Assembly: GCA_963727825.1 (NCBI GenBank)
Contig: CAVSHO010000013.1
Coordinates: 8,040-72,039, forward strand
Reading direction: 5' to 3'
Source of the DNA: Ignavibacteriota bacterium
GTDB taxonomy: Bacteria; Bacteroidota; Ignavibacteria; UBA10030
Length of the DNA stretch: 64,000 nucleotides
This document shows, one piece after another, positions 1 through 10,705 of this stretch. The notes below the pieces were generated by a model. It searched no databases. It was given only the letters and a program-made list of their open reading frames with translations, and was not told the DNA's origin. The stretch's first letter is position 1. Each line of letters opens with the position of its first letter. Made by a program: the position numbers and the translations under genes.

Positions 1-2
1 CT

Positions 3-479
3 TGCCGCCAGCCCTGAGGGATTTGTCGTTCTATTGTATCTATAATTAAACGTCCATTCAATATTATATGTGTTTAAATGAAGCGTCTGATTATAAGTAT
101 TCAAAAAATCTTGAGTCATTCCGGAAACGTATACTATCCCATCACCATTAGTAGCCGAAGAGGCATCATTTGTAAGCTCTAAGAAGGACCCGGTATTTAT
201 GCTTGCACCACCATCTCCAGCTGTTACTGTGATGGAATATGTCGTTGGTGTTCCCGAGGTGAGATTAGCTCTGTTGAAATTATCGAAGAATACCTGGGTT
301 TGTCCCATAGCTTTTGTCCCAATGAACGCGAAGAGAAATATTGCTACCAGGCCTGCCCATGCGTAAATTCCCCTAATAGATTTTTTCGCGGTTTCGATGT
401 CAGTAGCCGCCAGAAATTTCTCTGCTTCCGGCTGAAAATATAGATTCCTTGACAAGAAAAGAGAGTAGTAGCGTTTCAT
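3..479 (-). CDS. Secreted/surface protein, N-terminal part only (runs off left edge)
   Basis: Not in ORF track. ATG at 479 preceded by SD AAGGAGG (484-490); open to the window edge: MKRYYSLFLSRNLY...AWAGLVAIFLFAFIGTKAMGQTQVFFDNFNRANL...; hydrophobic signal-like stretch ending AMG-Q. Confidence 0.7.
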   Translation of the reverse strand, partial: MKRYYSLFLSRNLYFQPEAEKFLAATDIETAKKSIRGIYAWAGLVAIFLFAFIGTKAMGQTQVFFDNFNRANLTSGTPTTYSITVTAGDGGASINTGSFLELTNDASSATNGDGIVYVSGMTQDFLNTYNQTLHLNTYNIEWTFNYRYNRTTNPSGLAA

Positions 480-1273
480 AGTTCCTCCTTGATATAGGTA
501 TTTTGATCATTTGTGCATTAAGTCATCCTGCCCCTGATTGAATGTATGCTGATATCGGAAATCGTTTACATAGAATTGATTCACATCTTTTACTATCTGA
601 TTTTAATATTTCCTTTTCATGTATGTGCATCGCTTCCCATAAATTGCCTCCTTCCAATCATCAAATGAATCCTTTATTATTGAAATTCCGTTAATCATAA
701 TATATGCGGCATCATAGCCATATTACTTTTTCTTAATGTCACACTTTTTTCACCATTGCCAGTTCTCAGTATTTTTAAGATAGTATATATCCATCACCGT
801 CAATGATGTTTTTAGAGATGTCGTACGACCATGCAATGAATAAGCTATATAGGCTTATGATTATGCATAGTTAAATAAACTGTTCGCTTTAAAACAAAAT
901 ATTCAGTTTCTTAAATTCCGAATATTTAATTTTTAATAAGGATTTGTTTAGTACGATGTAATTGGTAATTATGAGTGGTGTAAATATATTATTTAGCTAA
1001 TTAATCCGCAATCACGTATTTGCGTGTTTTTTAAAACATCGAAATAAAATATATTGGTAAGAAGAAAATATACGTTTTTTATTCTAAGCATCGCCAAAGA
1101 CAGAAAAACGCATACTTATACACTGTGAGAGAGCGTTTTTCATTGGTCGAATGCTTTGCAAAGCAGGGTAAGCAAATCCAATTAGAGAAAGAATAAATTT
1201 GTTACTTAACAAATGATAGAAGCACAACGTCGTTTCTTCTTTATGTGAAAACGACATCTCTGAAGCACTTAAA

Positions 1274-1771
1274 TTATTTTTTCTTTTTCATTTCTCGAGT
1301 TAATTTCGACCAGAGACTGGCCATGTCTTCTGAAACGAGTTTTACGTCACTTAATACCGGCATGAAATTCGTGTCTCCATTCCACCGTGGAACAAGGTGA
1401 AAATGTACGTGCTTATCAATTCCTGCACCTGCAGTTCTTCCTAAATTTGCGCCGAAATTAAAGCCTTGAGGATTCAAGATTTTTTCGAGTGCCTTAATAC
1501 ATTTTCCCGTTACCATCATAATCTCGCTATACTCTTCGCCGAAAATACTTACAAAATGAGATGCGTGACGATATGGAACAATCATTAAGTGTCCACTGTT
1601 GTACGGATATTTATTCATCACAATAAAGCAGAATTTCCCCCGCCAAATAATAAGATTCTTAGCATCTCTAGTTTCCTTGTGAACACGGCAAAAAAGACAC
1701 GAATGTGAATGTTTTTTCTCGCTAAAAGTTTTGATATAAGCTGAACGCCAAGGGGAAAAAAGATGCTTCAT
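1274..1771 (-). CDS. HIT family nucleotide hydrolase (Ap4A hydrolase/phosphorylase-like)
   Basis: HVHFH histidine triad, CLFC, NKYPYNSGH, N-terminal SPWR motif. Confidence 0.9.
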   Translation of the reverse strand: MKHLFSPWRSAYIKTFSEKKHSHSCLFCRVHKETRDAKNLIIWRGKFCFIVMNKYPYNSGHLMIVPYRHASHFVSIFGEEYSEIMMVTGKCIKALEKILNPQGFNFGANLGRTAGAGIDKHVHFHLVPRWNGDTNFMPVLSDVKLVSEDMASLWSKLTREMKKKK

Positions 1772-1943
1772 TTTAGAACCGACGAATAGTAAATAATAAT
1801 GGATATGTAACGATTAAATAGATTGATAATTTACAATCTAGACTCTTCGCACATAATTTATGGAACAAATGCATTCCAATCAAGCCGACAAGATGCTGTA
1901 ATTGCCGAGTAATTTCACTTTACGGAGTGTTTGAAGTTAAATT

Positions 1944-2892
1944 CTATAATTCATATTTAACTTGAAGTGTTGGCATAAACTCTACTAAGTTTCCATCAAT
2001 TCTTTTTAATTGAAGATACCCGTGCAATTGAATTCTATGGTTAATCTTTGATGCATTCCAAGCTGCTTCAAGTGCGCTAACAATGTGATTAGCCACAATA
2101 ATATAAGAAACTGCAGTCGCGATATTATAAGAGTTGTTTGCATCGCCTCTCATGTGACTATATGCAATAAATTCCGGAGAAACATTGCCTATCCCGTTAT
2201 TTGCAATTACATCTGCTTTTGTATATGATGCTGCATCATCCCAACCGCCGCCGAATTGTGAATATTTTCCAATCATTTCATAATATTGTTGATCGCCGTA
2301 TGGCGCAAGTTTATGCGTAAAGCCTGTAGGTTGAATATTCATATCCCCCGCTATCAGACCTTCAGCGTCATTTAAATTCATCCCAACTGACATAAATCCA
2401 TGGACTAGCGATATTTGGAGCTTGTTGTCCAGGAACAATCATGTTATTGTAATATGCTGGATAATTGGCCTGTATCCAATAGGCGTACCTAATAACCGAC
2501 CAATGCGTATCTGCATAGTTTTGAAATGCTTGTGTTTGCTGATCTCCTTTTTTCTCATACTTCGCATATGCAATCCATGATATAACTTCAACTCCTAAAA
2601 ACGCTGCACCCTGCCAATAAGATTTTGTGTAAAATTGGCCTGCTCCAGGTATGACAGCTGAAAATAACCCAGCAAGCAATGGAGAATACTTTTTCTTTGC
2701 ACTCATACTTTTTATATCATCAAAACCATTAATAACTCTAGTTTGATCCATTTGATTAATTAAATCAATATGCAAATCGCCAGTCAAGAATGCATTATTT
2801 GCTTTATCTGCGGATATATTCAAATATTGGCTTTGCATTGTATCGGCGAGACAAAGAGCAAAGAGTCCAGCTATTAAGATTCGATATTTCAT
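1944..2892 (-). CDS. Secreted/membrane protein (DUF5683-like), split by one frameshift near 2380
   Basis: ORFs 2368-2892 and 1944-2438 join (...WIYVSWD/..NLNDAEGLI...); signal peptide; SPLLAGLFSAVIPGAGQFY motif. Confidence 0.6.
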
Positions 2893-2894
2893 AT

Positions 2895-5800
2895 TTACCT
2901 CATAAATTGCCGCGGCATGATATCATTCAATTCAAATCCGAATAAGACGCCTAAATAGAAACGCCATTCATGCCCGTATTGGACAGTGGTCGTATTTATA
3001 TCCTGTACATCCCTGGAAAACCGATCTAAACCATAAGCACCTGAAAAAAAGATGCGTGTTGGATATTCATAGAAAGAAAATGTCTCAAGTCGAAGTTCAA
3101 ATCCTACATCCTGTTTCCAAAAATTATCAGATGCCAACTCACGAGGCCATGCATTTCCTATATCATAAAATACTGAACCGTATAGCTTAGAAAAATAAAT
3201 TTGAAGCACCCTGAAATCTAAATTTGGCGCTATCGGGAATCTATAAGTCGTATTAAGTGAAATTGTTTTATTCCCTCCGAGCGCATAAAACGAATAACCC
3301 CGCATTCCAATAAAGCCGCCTGCATAATAATCGAAAAACTCGTCAATAGTCGGTCCAAGTATACCGGAAGCATTCAATGTGAATGAAAGCGTATGCCGCG
3401 GGAATGGCAGAGCTATGTGTTCATTCCATGCCAGCTCAAGTCTCGAAAAATTGTACTTTGTGTAGATAGGAACGCGAAACCCGCTGTCTGTTGAGCTCGA
3501 ATCTGTTGGATTAAATTTGTCCATCTCATAGGAATACTTCAATGAAAATGATCTTCCGACTGGATTGATCTCTCTATCCAATGTGTGCAAAATACCATCA
3601 TATTTCATCTCAGCTGAAAGTGCATTACCAATAAAGTAAGTTGATGATGTGGCGGGAACTACTTGATTATATATATCATCGGGAGGAGGATACTGAAGAA
3701 TCCAGCTTCCAAAATCCTGACCATATCGGCTTAATGAATAATTTAATTTCAAATTATAGTTTTCAGAAAATATTTTTTGATTAAGCGAAAAATCAAATTC
3801 TAAAAGATTATAAGTTATCTCCGCTCCAAAAACTAACGGTGAATAATATGGAAGCTCAAAAGATACGTCGCGTTTACGTGTAATATTGTAAAGTTCCAAC
3901 GTAGCTGTCGGTTCTAAGCCCAATTGATATAGAATGGGCAACCGGTCACTATAGTCGATTATAAGAAAAAGATCACGTTCTAATTTTCTATTGATATCTG
4001 CCCCGCCGAATATATCCATTTTATTAAGTACATCAAATGAAGTCATATATAATCCCAGCTTCACATAATCAAGCCCACTGCTGTTTTGATTGTAGGTATC
4101 GATGCGAAGCAATGGAATAAATGAAGTGCTGGTGAAAACCGAGCGATATGGCCTCGCTTGAAGTAAAGTTGTGTCATTATAAATATATTTTCCGTTTTCT
4201 GGCTGTAAAGAGTGCTCCCACGCTTTAGCTTCAATAAAACCACTGTAAAGATTCGATGGATTTATCTTTGTTTGCATTGAATCTTTTTCTGAAATCAATG
4301 GTAACGGAACATTAATTGAATCTTTACTCAAGAGAGCTATTTTATATCCGGTTGACGTATATGCAGCATAAGCAACATCACCTTTGCCATTAACTGTAGG
4401 AAGGAATGCGCTGCCGAGGACATTTGTTATCTGCCATTCTTCATAAGTATGAAGATTGAGCGAATAGATATTATAGATTCCGCCTCTATCCCAAGAATAG
4501 TAAAGCGTTGAATCTGAAGAGAAGAATGGGTTGCGGCAATCTCCAGCATCGTTGGAGCATTTGGAAATTATTGCCATTAGTATCAACGAGTGCTATTGAT
4601 TGATTCTGTGCAATCGAATATCCAAATGCAATTTTCTTTCCATCCGGTGACCATACAGGAGTGTACACCTGTTCTCCATTCTGGAATTTGGTCAATTGCA
4701 CTCTGCCGCTTCCATCTGCATTGCAGACACCCAAATTTAACGTTCCATCACTCCCGAAAGTATAGACAATCCTCTTTCCATCCGATGAAACTTTTGGATT
4801 AAACGCACGAAGTCCATGCGTCAATCGTTCTTCCTCCTCTGTCGATAGATTGAATCGATACAAATCGCTGTAGCCTGACCAGTGTGGATTATCACGAGTG
4901 ACTTTTGCATAATATATGTATTTGCAATCAGGAGAGAATGACAAAGATGAGCGAACGAGAGATGAGAGTCTTTCCGGCAAGATCAATTTTGATTTTTTTG
5001 TGGCACGGTCATAAACATAAATACTACTGGCCCAATGATCTGTGCCTTTATTAGAAATGTAAGCAATTTGCGAACCATCCGGCGAAAATACAGGATAGAA
5101 ATTTCCAAATCCTTCCTTCTCAATAATCTCTCCATCTTTGCGCATTGGTTTTAAAGAATCTTCAAGCTGCTTGTATGCCTTTGTCTTTTCTGCCTTCCAT
5201 TCATTGTAAAGTTGTTCGCCCGTTATTCCTAATGTTGCTTCAATAGCACCATCTATTGTAAGTCTGAATGGCTTTGAAAGTTGTCTAGATATTGCTTGAA
5301 GTTTATCAACTCCGTATTTCTTCCCGATATATCCAACAAGAGAGAATCCTGAATTGTACACAGATTCATTTCCAAGACTATTTTTACCGAAGAACGCCAT
5401 CTCGTTCCAAGAGAGCGGGTTTCCATCAACCATGTACATTCGCAAAATCATATCACGGTGAGAATCCCAGTTATCATATCCCTGTATTGGATTGTTATAT
5501 TGTGCAACACCTTCAGCAAACCATGGCGGAATAAGACTTCCGGCAATCGGATAAGATACTATTACATTTGGGTAGCCATAAAGCACGTCCGGGCGGCTTT
5601 CTTTTTCATATCCGAGCCATTGAAAATAAATTCCTGGTACTCTTCTGCCAAATTTCATTGTAGTTTGAATTTGCACGAGATGCGTAAACTCGTGCGTTAC
5701 CACCATCCACAGCCAGGGATGAGTTCCTCGCAATTCAAAATCTAAAGCGGGAGCGTAAATTACAATAAAATTATCATAGGAATCAGTGCCTCCGTTCGAG

Positions 5801-6057
5801 TAATCATCGTGATCACGAATAACAATATTCACTTTCTGATCCGGTTCGTGGCTGTACATAGTTGTAATCGGATCATAAATATTTTCAGCTATCTTTGCTA
5901 CTTCGTGCCCTGTACGTTCCGCACCATTATGGAAATGAACGAGAAAATGTTTCGTTTCTATTGTTTTCCAATCTAATTCTGTATGATTGAAATCCTCCTG
6001 GCTGACAGCTATAGAAGAAGTCACAAAAATAAGTATCAAAAATAAAACTTGCTTCAA
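2895..6057 (-). CDS. Outer-membrane protein: gluzincin (peptidase MA-like) domain + PD40/TolB beta-propeller + Omp85/BamA-like barrel; frameshift near 4555
   Basis: ORFs 4486-6057 and 2895-4586 join (NFQML/SNDAGDCRNPFFS); HEFTH...WFAEGVAQY; FSPDG/WSPDGK repeats; GMRGY motif and FYDIGNAW/FYLGVLFGF barrel strands. Confidence 0.75.
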
Positions 6058-6111
6058 GCTCCCTCTCTTATAAATATTCTTACAAAAATATTAAGTCTAT
6101 GAAAACGTAAT

Positions 6112-9100
6112 TTACTTTACCACTGCTATTTTAATAAACACTACACTGCTATTATTCGCGCCGCGTGCTTCAACACGAGCAAGATAGACACCGCTTTGTA
6201 TATTCGAGACATTCCATGTTACCTCATTATCCATTCCTGCTGTTCCTCGTCCAGACAATTCTGTTATCTTCATACCAGAAAGGTCAAGAATAGTGATCGT
6301 AACATTTGCATTCTCACTTGTAAAGTACCGAATTTGGGTTGACTGGCCATAAACAGGATTCGGCCAATTATATACGCGTGATTTCGGAAAGAATTCTGTG
6401 CTAATCGGAATAATTTGTGGAGTTACGCTCACATCAACATTACTGTGCCGTTCATCGCCTAAATGCTGCCACCACGTTAATGAGCCTGACGTTACCGAGC
6501 TCGAAGTAAGGAATGCATCTAATGAACCGCTATCTGAAAGAACGGCTATGCCCAATTTATTAGATGGACTCGTATATGCTACAGAAAATGCATTTCCCGA
6601 AGAAGTTACCTGCACCGGAAAGCCCGAAAGCAATTTTCCGTTTTTATCATACACCCATATTTCACCATCATTCGTTAGGAGAACAATTTCAGGTTTAGCA
6701 TCCCCGTTAAAATCCAATACAAGCGGCGTTCCAGTAAACTCCAAGCCAGTTCGCGCTTGTATTGGAAAACCATCGAGCATGAAACCGTTACGATTAACGA
6801 CTGAAAGAGAATTTACAGATTGGATAAGTACATCCTTTTCTCCATCACCATCAATATCGGCAACGGCAAGCTCGCTAATTATAGAACCTGGAACGGTGAT
6901 CTCATAATTCTTTTGAGTTAATGATTGATTATAAGAAATTACTCTGCTTCCGTTTTTTTCTGCAGAGATTATATAATTTCCTTTTGGCGATACTGCTGCC
7001 GCAAGTATCCAGCACTTTGATGTTACCGGCAAATCTACAGTCGAAGACTGACCGTAAATTCTATTGCCTGATGTAAAAAAATATTCATTTGACTTTGCTG
7101 ATGAAGCTGTAGGCAGTAATGTGATTGACCTTACTGAATCGGTTCCAACTGAACGGTTAGAAATTATGTCGCCATTTGTGTTAAACTGATATATTGTCCC
7201 TCCATCCGCACCAACAAGCAGAGATAATGAATCCAATTGTGCGAAACAGGGAGAAGTTGTGAAGCGATGAGTGTACGTTTTCTTGGAACTGTCAACTGAA
7301 TTATAACCGCTGTGAAATGAAAGCTTAAAGATTCTCAAAACGCTATCTTGCACGCTCGCGACTATTTCGGTCGAATCAGGTAACACATTTACGGCAACGC
7401 CGTTGGCAGCTGTAGTAGCAGATAGGAGATTTGTTGTATTACCTAATAAGCTTTGTCCATTGTTTTGAAGCGAATAAATTCCATTGCTTGTTGGAAGATA
7501 GAGATGATTTTTCGTTGACGTTGGAAATACGTTTACACTTGTGTTTTTAAATGCACGGTGCATCAAAGAATCTCGTTGAAGTATTTGGTTCCCAATTTCT
7601 ACTGTCAGTGTCATACGAGGCGATCTTGCGCTAAAATTCTTAATCGTAACTAAACTTGCAGCGCCGGAGAAGCTGTTGCTATTCGGAAACGAATTCTGAT
7701 CGAAGATATTTTTATATAGTGGTGCTGAATTACCACTAAACCAGCAATCAAGCGGGCTTCCATTTTGTGTCCCATAGCCAGGATCCGACATAGCTACATA
7801 GTCTTGACCAATATCTTGTGAACCATCCGCTTCTTCCAAACTAACACCACGATGATCCAGATTCGCATTGACAGAGTTTGTGCTCAATCCCGCCTGAATT
7901 ACATTCTCATCAATATGCCAAATAAGAATTCCGCCGCCGTCGTACAGATGCGTCGTATCCATTAATCCAGGCAATGCCCAATCAAAATTGCTCACATCTA
8001 TAACCGAACCACTGATTCCGCTCACATTATAATAACAAAAACTAGCTATATCCTGATCGAAGTGTCGCCAGCTTGTATCTCCTTTTGCACTCGCAATTTT
8101 TATATCTAAACCGGTCCCTCTAGGATTTCTATTTCTGTTCTCTATAAGAAAATATTCTGAAGAAGTTATTGGAATTTTATAAACTGTGTCTTGCTTCATA
8201 GAATATTTTAATCCAACAGCTGGCACGGAAAGATTTATTGTCTGGTTTCCAATTGTAATTGGTGTAAGCCATCCCAAATATATTTTTTCCCAAGCGCATG
8301 GTTCTGGTGGAAAAAGTCCATTGTAGGCAAAGATTGCCGCGCCGTCCATTAATCCAAACTGTCCAATGCCCGACGTTCCTGTTTTTGTATCGAACAAATC
8401 CGGCAGCCCTAAATAACTTCCTAAGGATGCGGCAAACATGCCATTGATACTGAATTGATATGTCTGGGTGCCTGAATTCGTTGGAAGATCGCGCGACTCA
8501 GTCTCTGGCAGAATGATTGTGTTTTTGATGAAACCATTCTCGAAGCCCTGAAAAGATGATTGTCCCAGTGCGACTGCAAATGCGGTTGAATCAAGATACA
8601 ACGAAGGTATATCATACGGAGTAGGATTGTATCCTATAGAACCCACCAAATCAAGATCACGCCCTGTTCCCGCATGGAAAATGACAAATGCATCGTAATT
8701 CTGAAAATTGATTTCTGGATATAACGAATCTGCAATCTGCCAGCTCTCTCTTGCGAGATCAGCGAGTTTACTGTTGTCATCCGAATTTGTCGGCGGAGAA
8801 TAGGATTTCATCTGTTTCGAAAGTGTAATTCGCTTGCTATCGCCATACACCGCGCCTGTGATGGTAAGCTTTCCATTTGAAACTTTATGGAAATAATTTT
8901 CAACAAATTGAATTTTATTGTTAAAGTACAACGAATCATGCGGTGGTGGATCGATCAGCGTATCTGTAGCTGTAGTTGAAATCTCTTGGAGTTTTCCATT
9001 CCCGGTTGTCTGATCATCAGCGTCAGTCTGAAATTCTACCATGATGGCAAGAATGCGAACTGTATCCCGCATTGTCATAATATTTGATTGCGAACCAGCG

Positions 9101-9204
9101 TAATTTTTAATTTTTCTAATCGCTTGTGGAAAGCCGTTTCGCTGTTGCGCAAATAATAAATTGCTAATAAGGAGCAATATAAAAATTGCCCATGCTCGTG
9201 TCAC
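6112..9204 (-). CDS. M6 (immune inhibitor A)-like metalloprotease homolog with degenerate Zn motif, FG-GAP repeats and T9SS C-terminal domain
   Basis: FHAG, LGLPDLFD, GLMD, EYFLIENR, GILIWHIDE motifs; ADIDGDG/DFNGD repeats; YNWPNP...SGVYLARV...KIAVVK CTD. Confidence 0.8.
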   Translation of the reverse strand: MTRAWAIFILLLISNLLFAQQRNGFPQAIRKIKNYAGSQSNIMTMRDTVRILAIMVEFQTDADDQTTGNGKLQEISTTATDTLIDPPPHDSLYFNNKIQFVENYFHKVSNGKLTITGAVYGDSKRITLSKQMKSYSPPTNSDDNSKLADLARESWQIADSLYPEINFQNYDAFVIFHAGTGRDLDLVGSIGYNPTPYDIPSLYLDSTAFAVALGQSSFQGFENGFIKNTIILPETESRDLPTNSGTQTYQFSINGMFAASLGSYLGLPDLFDTKTGTSGIGQFGLMDGAAIFAYNGLFPPEPCAWEKIYLGWLTPITIGNQTINLSVPAVGLKYSMKQDTVYKIPITSSEYFLIENRNRNPRGTGLDIKIASAKGDTSWRHFDQDIASFCYYNVSGISGSVIDVSNFDWALPGLMDTTHLYDGGGILIWHIDENVIQAGLSTNSVNANLDHRGVSLEEADGSQDIGQDYVAMSDPGYGTQNGSPLDCWFSGNSAPLYKNIFDQNSFPNSNSFSGAASLVTIKNFSARSPRMTLTVEIGNQILQRDSLMHRAFKNTSVNVFPTSTKNHLYLPTSNGIYSLQNNGQSLLGNTTNLLSATTAANGVAVNVLPDSTEIVASVQDSVLRIFKLSFHSGYNSVDSSKKTYTHRFTTSPCFAQLDSLSLLVGADGGTIYQFNTNGDIISNRSVGTDSVRSITLLPTASSAKSNEYFFTSGNRIYGQSSTVDLPVTSKCWILAAAVSPKGNYIISAEKNGSRVISYNQSLTQKNYEITVPGSIISELAVADIDGDGEKDVLIQSVNSLSVVNRNGFMLDGFPIQARTGLEFTGTPLVLDFNGDAKPEIVLLTNDGEIWVYDKNGKLLSGFPVQVTSSGNAFSVAYTSPSNKLGIAVLSDSGSLDAFLTSSSVTSGSLTWWQHLGDERHSNVDVSVTPQIIPISTEFFPKSRVYNWPNPVYGQSTQIRYFTSENANVTITILDLSGMKITELSGRGTAGMDNEVTWNVSNIQSGVYLARVEARGANNSSVVFIKIAVVK

Positions 9205-9459
9205 AAGAACTCCAATCCTTATTTGTAATTCTTCATCTTGTTATCCAACGATCTGATAAAGAGCACAATAAAATATTTGGATGATAAAGCCATGCCATAT
9301 GCAGAACAATGAATATCGTTTTGAATTTGATGGTTATATAATATTTAGATTTTCTCTGAAAACCTTGTGGCTAATTTCTATAGCATTCATTTGCCCTCAA
9401 CAACTCTCGATAAATGCTAAGCAGCTTTCTGCCAAAAAATAGACACATCCAAGAAATTC

Positions 9460-10596
9460 TTAATTCACATCACCACCCCAGCCAATTGAGAGTGACAGAC
9501 GCAGCGTTCCGTCTAGAGGATTTTGACCATCTATAGCGCTAAGGTACCCAAAATCGAATCCATAGATATCGTATCGAAGACCGGCACCGAATTCCATAAA
9601 CTTGCGATTCCCTTCTCTCGGGTCCTCATAAAAATATCCAGCACGCAATCCAATTAGCTTCGGTGAGCCGTACCAATATTCCAATCCTAATGCAGAATCG
9701 AATCTGCGTATTTGTTCGCTTATATTTCCGTTTGACCAAGTAGTAAAGAACGCTTTGTAGAATTCATCAGATGAAGTTCCATTACGAGTCACCAGTAATC
9801 GATTTACTTCTACAGTTGCATTTATATTATTGTAGTCACTTTCTAGAACTTTGTACGCAATACCAAGACGAAGATTCATTGGTAAAGGGTCTGCTTGTGC
9901 TTTGTCGATATATGACATTTTAGGACCGATATTAGCAATATTCATGCCAAAACTAATGTCCTTACCAAGATCAACACCTGTTAAAGGAATACGCATTACA
10001 ATCGGGCGATACATTAATCCAATATCGAAACAAAATCCAGTTGCAGTACCGCTTCCTTGTTCTTGCCCGGCTCCTTGATTTGCAAGATGAGAATAGATAA
10101 TTCTTGCACTTGTGCCAATTCCCAACTCGTCGGCGAGCTTTGTGCTGTATGTGGCGGCAACAGCCATCTCATATCCGTTAAAAGTTCCGATCACATCTGG
10201 TGAATCACTTGTTCTATTAAACTCACCAAGATTTTCATAAGTCAATTGAAAAGCTATTATTCCATCTAAATATTCCACAGGTTGCTTGTAGGCAAGATGA
10301 GCAAGCCAGAGATCCGATAATCCTAAACCCGGAAGCCAATTTGTGTGTGTCATTGCCAGTTCAGAGCCTTTTTGGAATGCAAGTCCGGCAGGATTCCAAA
10401 ATGTAGCCCAAACATTATCAGCTAACGCCACACCGGTCTCCCCCATTCCGCTTGCTCTCGAATCTGGTACGATTAGCAAAAACGGTACTGCTGTCGTTAT
10501 TGCACTCTGTGCCAGCACTGTTTTTATAGCACAAATTCCTAATACGGTTATTACTAAAATCATTTTTTTTATCATAATATGTAACCCTCCTAACAA
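9460..10596 (-). CDS. porV: T9SS outer-membrane shuttle PorV
   Basis: AVPFLLIVPDSRASGMG, FWNPAGLAF, LPMNLRLG, GLEYWY, LRAGYFYE...GNRKF; directly downstream of porU. Confidence 0.92.
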   Translation of the reverse strand: MLGGLHIMIKKMILVITVLGICAIKTVLAQSAITTAVPFLLIVPDSRASGMGETGVALADNVWATFWNPAGLAFQKGSELAMTHTNWLPGLGLSDLWLAHLAYKQPVEYLDGIIAFQLTYENLGEFNRTSDSPDVIGTFNGYEMAVAATYSTKLADELGIGTSARIIYSHLANQGAGQEQGSGTATGFCFDIGLMYRPIVMRIPLTGVDLGKDISFGMNIANIGPKMSYIDKAQADPLPMNLRLGIAYKVLESDYNNINATVEVNRLLVTRNGTSSDEFYKAFFTTWSNGNISEQIRRFDSALGLEYWYGSPKLIGLRAGYFYEDPREGNRKFMEFGAGLRYDIYGFDFGYLSAIDGQNPLDGTLRLSLSIGWGGDVN

Positions 10597-10705
10597 TGAT
10601 GAATGCTAATATAGTTACTAATCAGCGTTAAAAATATGTATGGACACAATATCTATATGCAATGTTTTTCTAATAATACATTTTATAGAACTTGCTAATT
10701 ATTGA

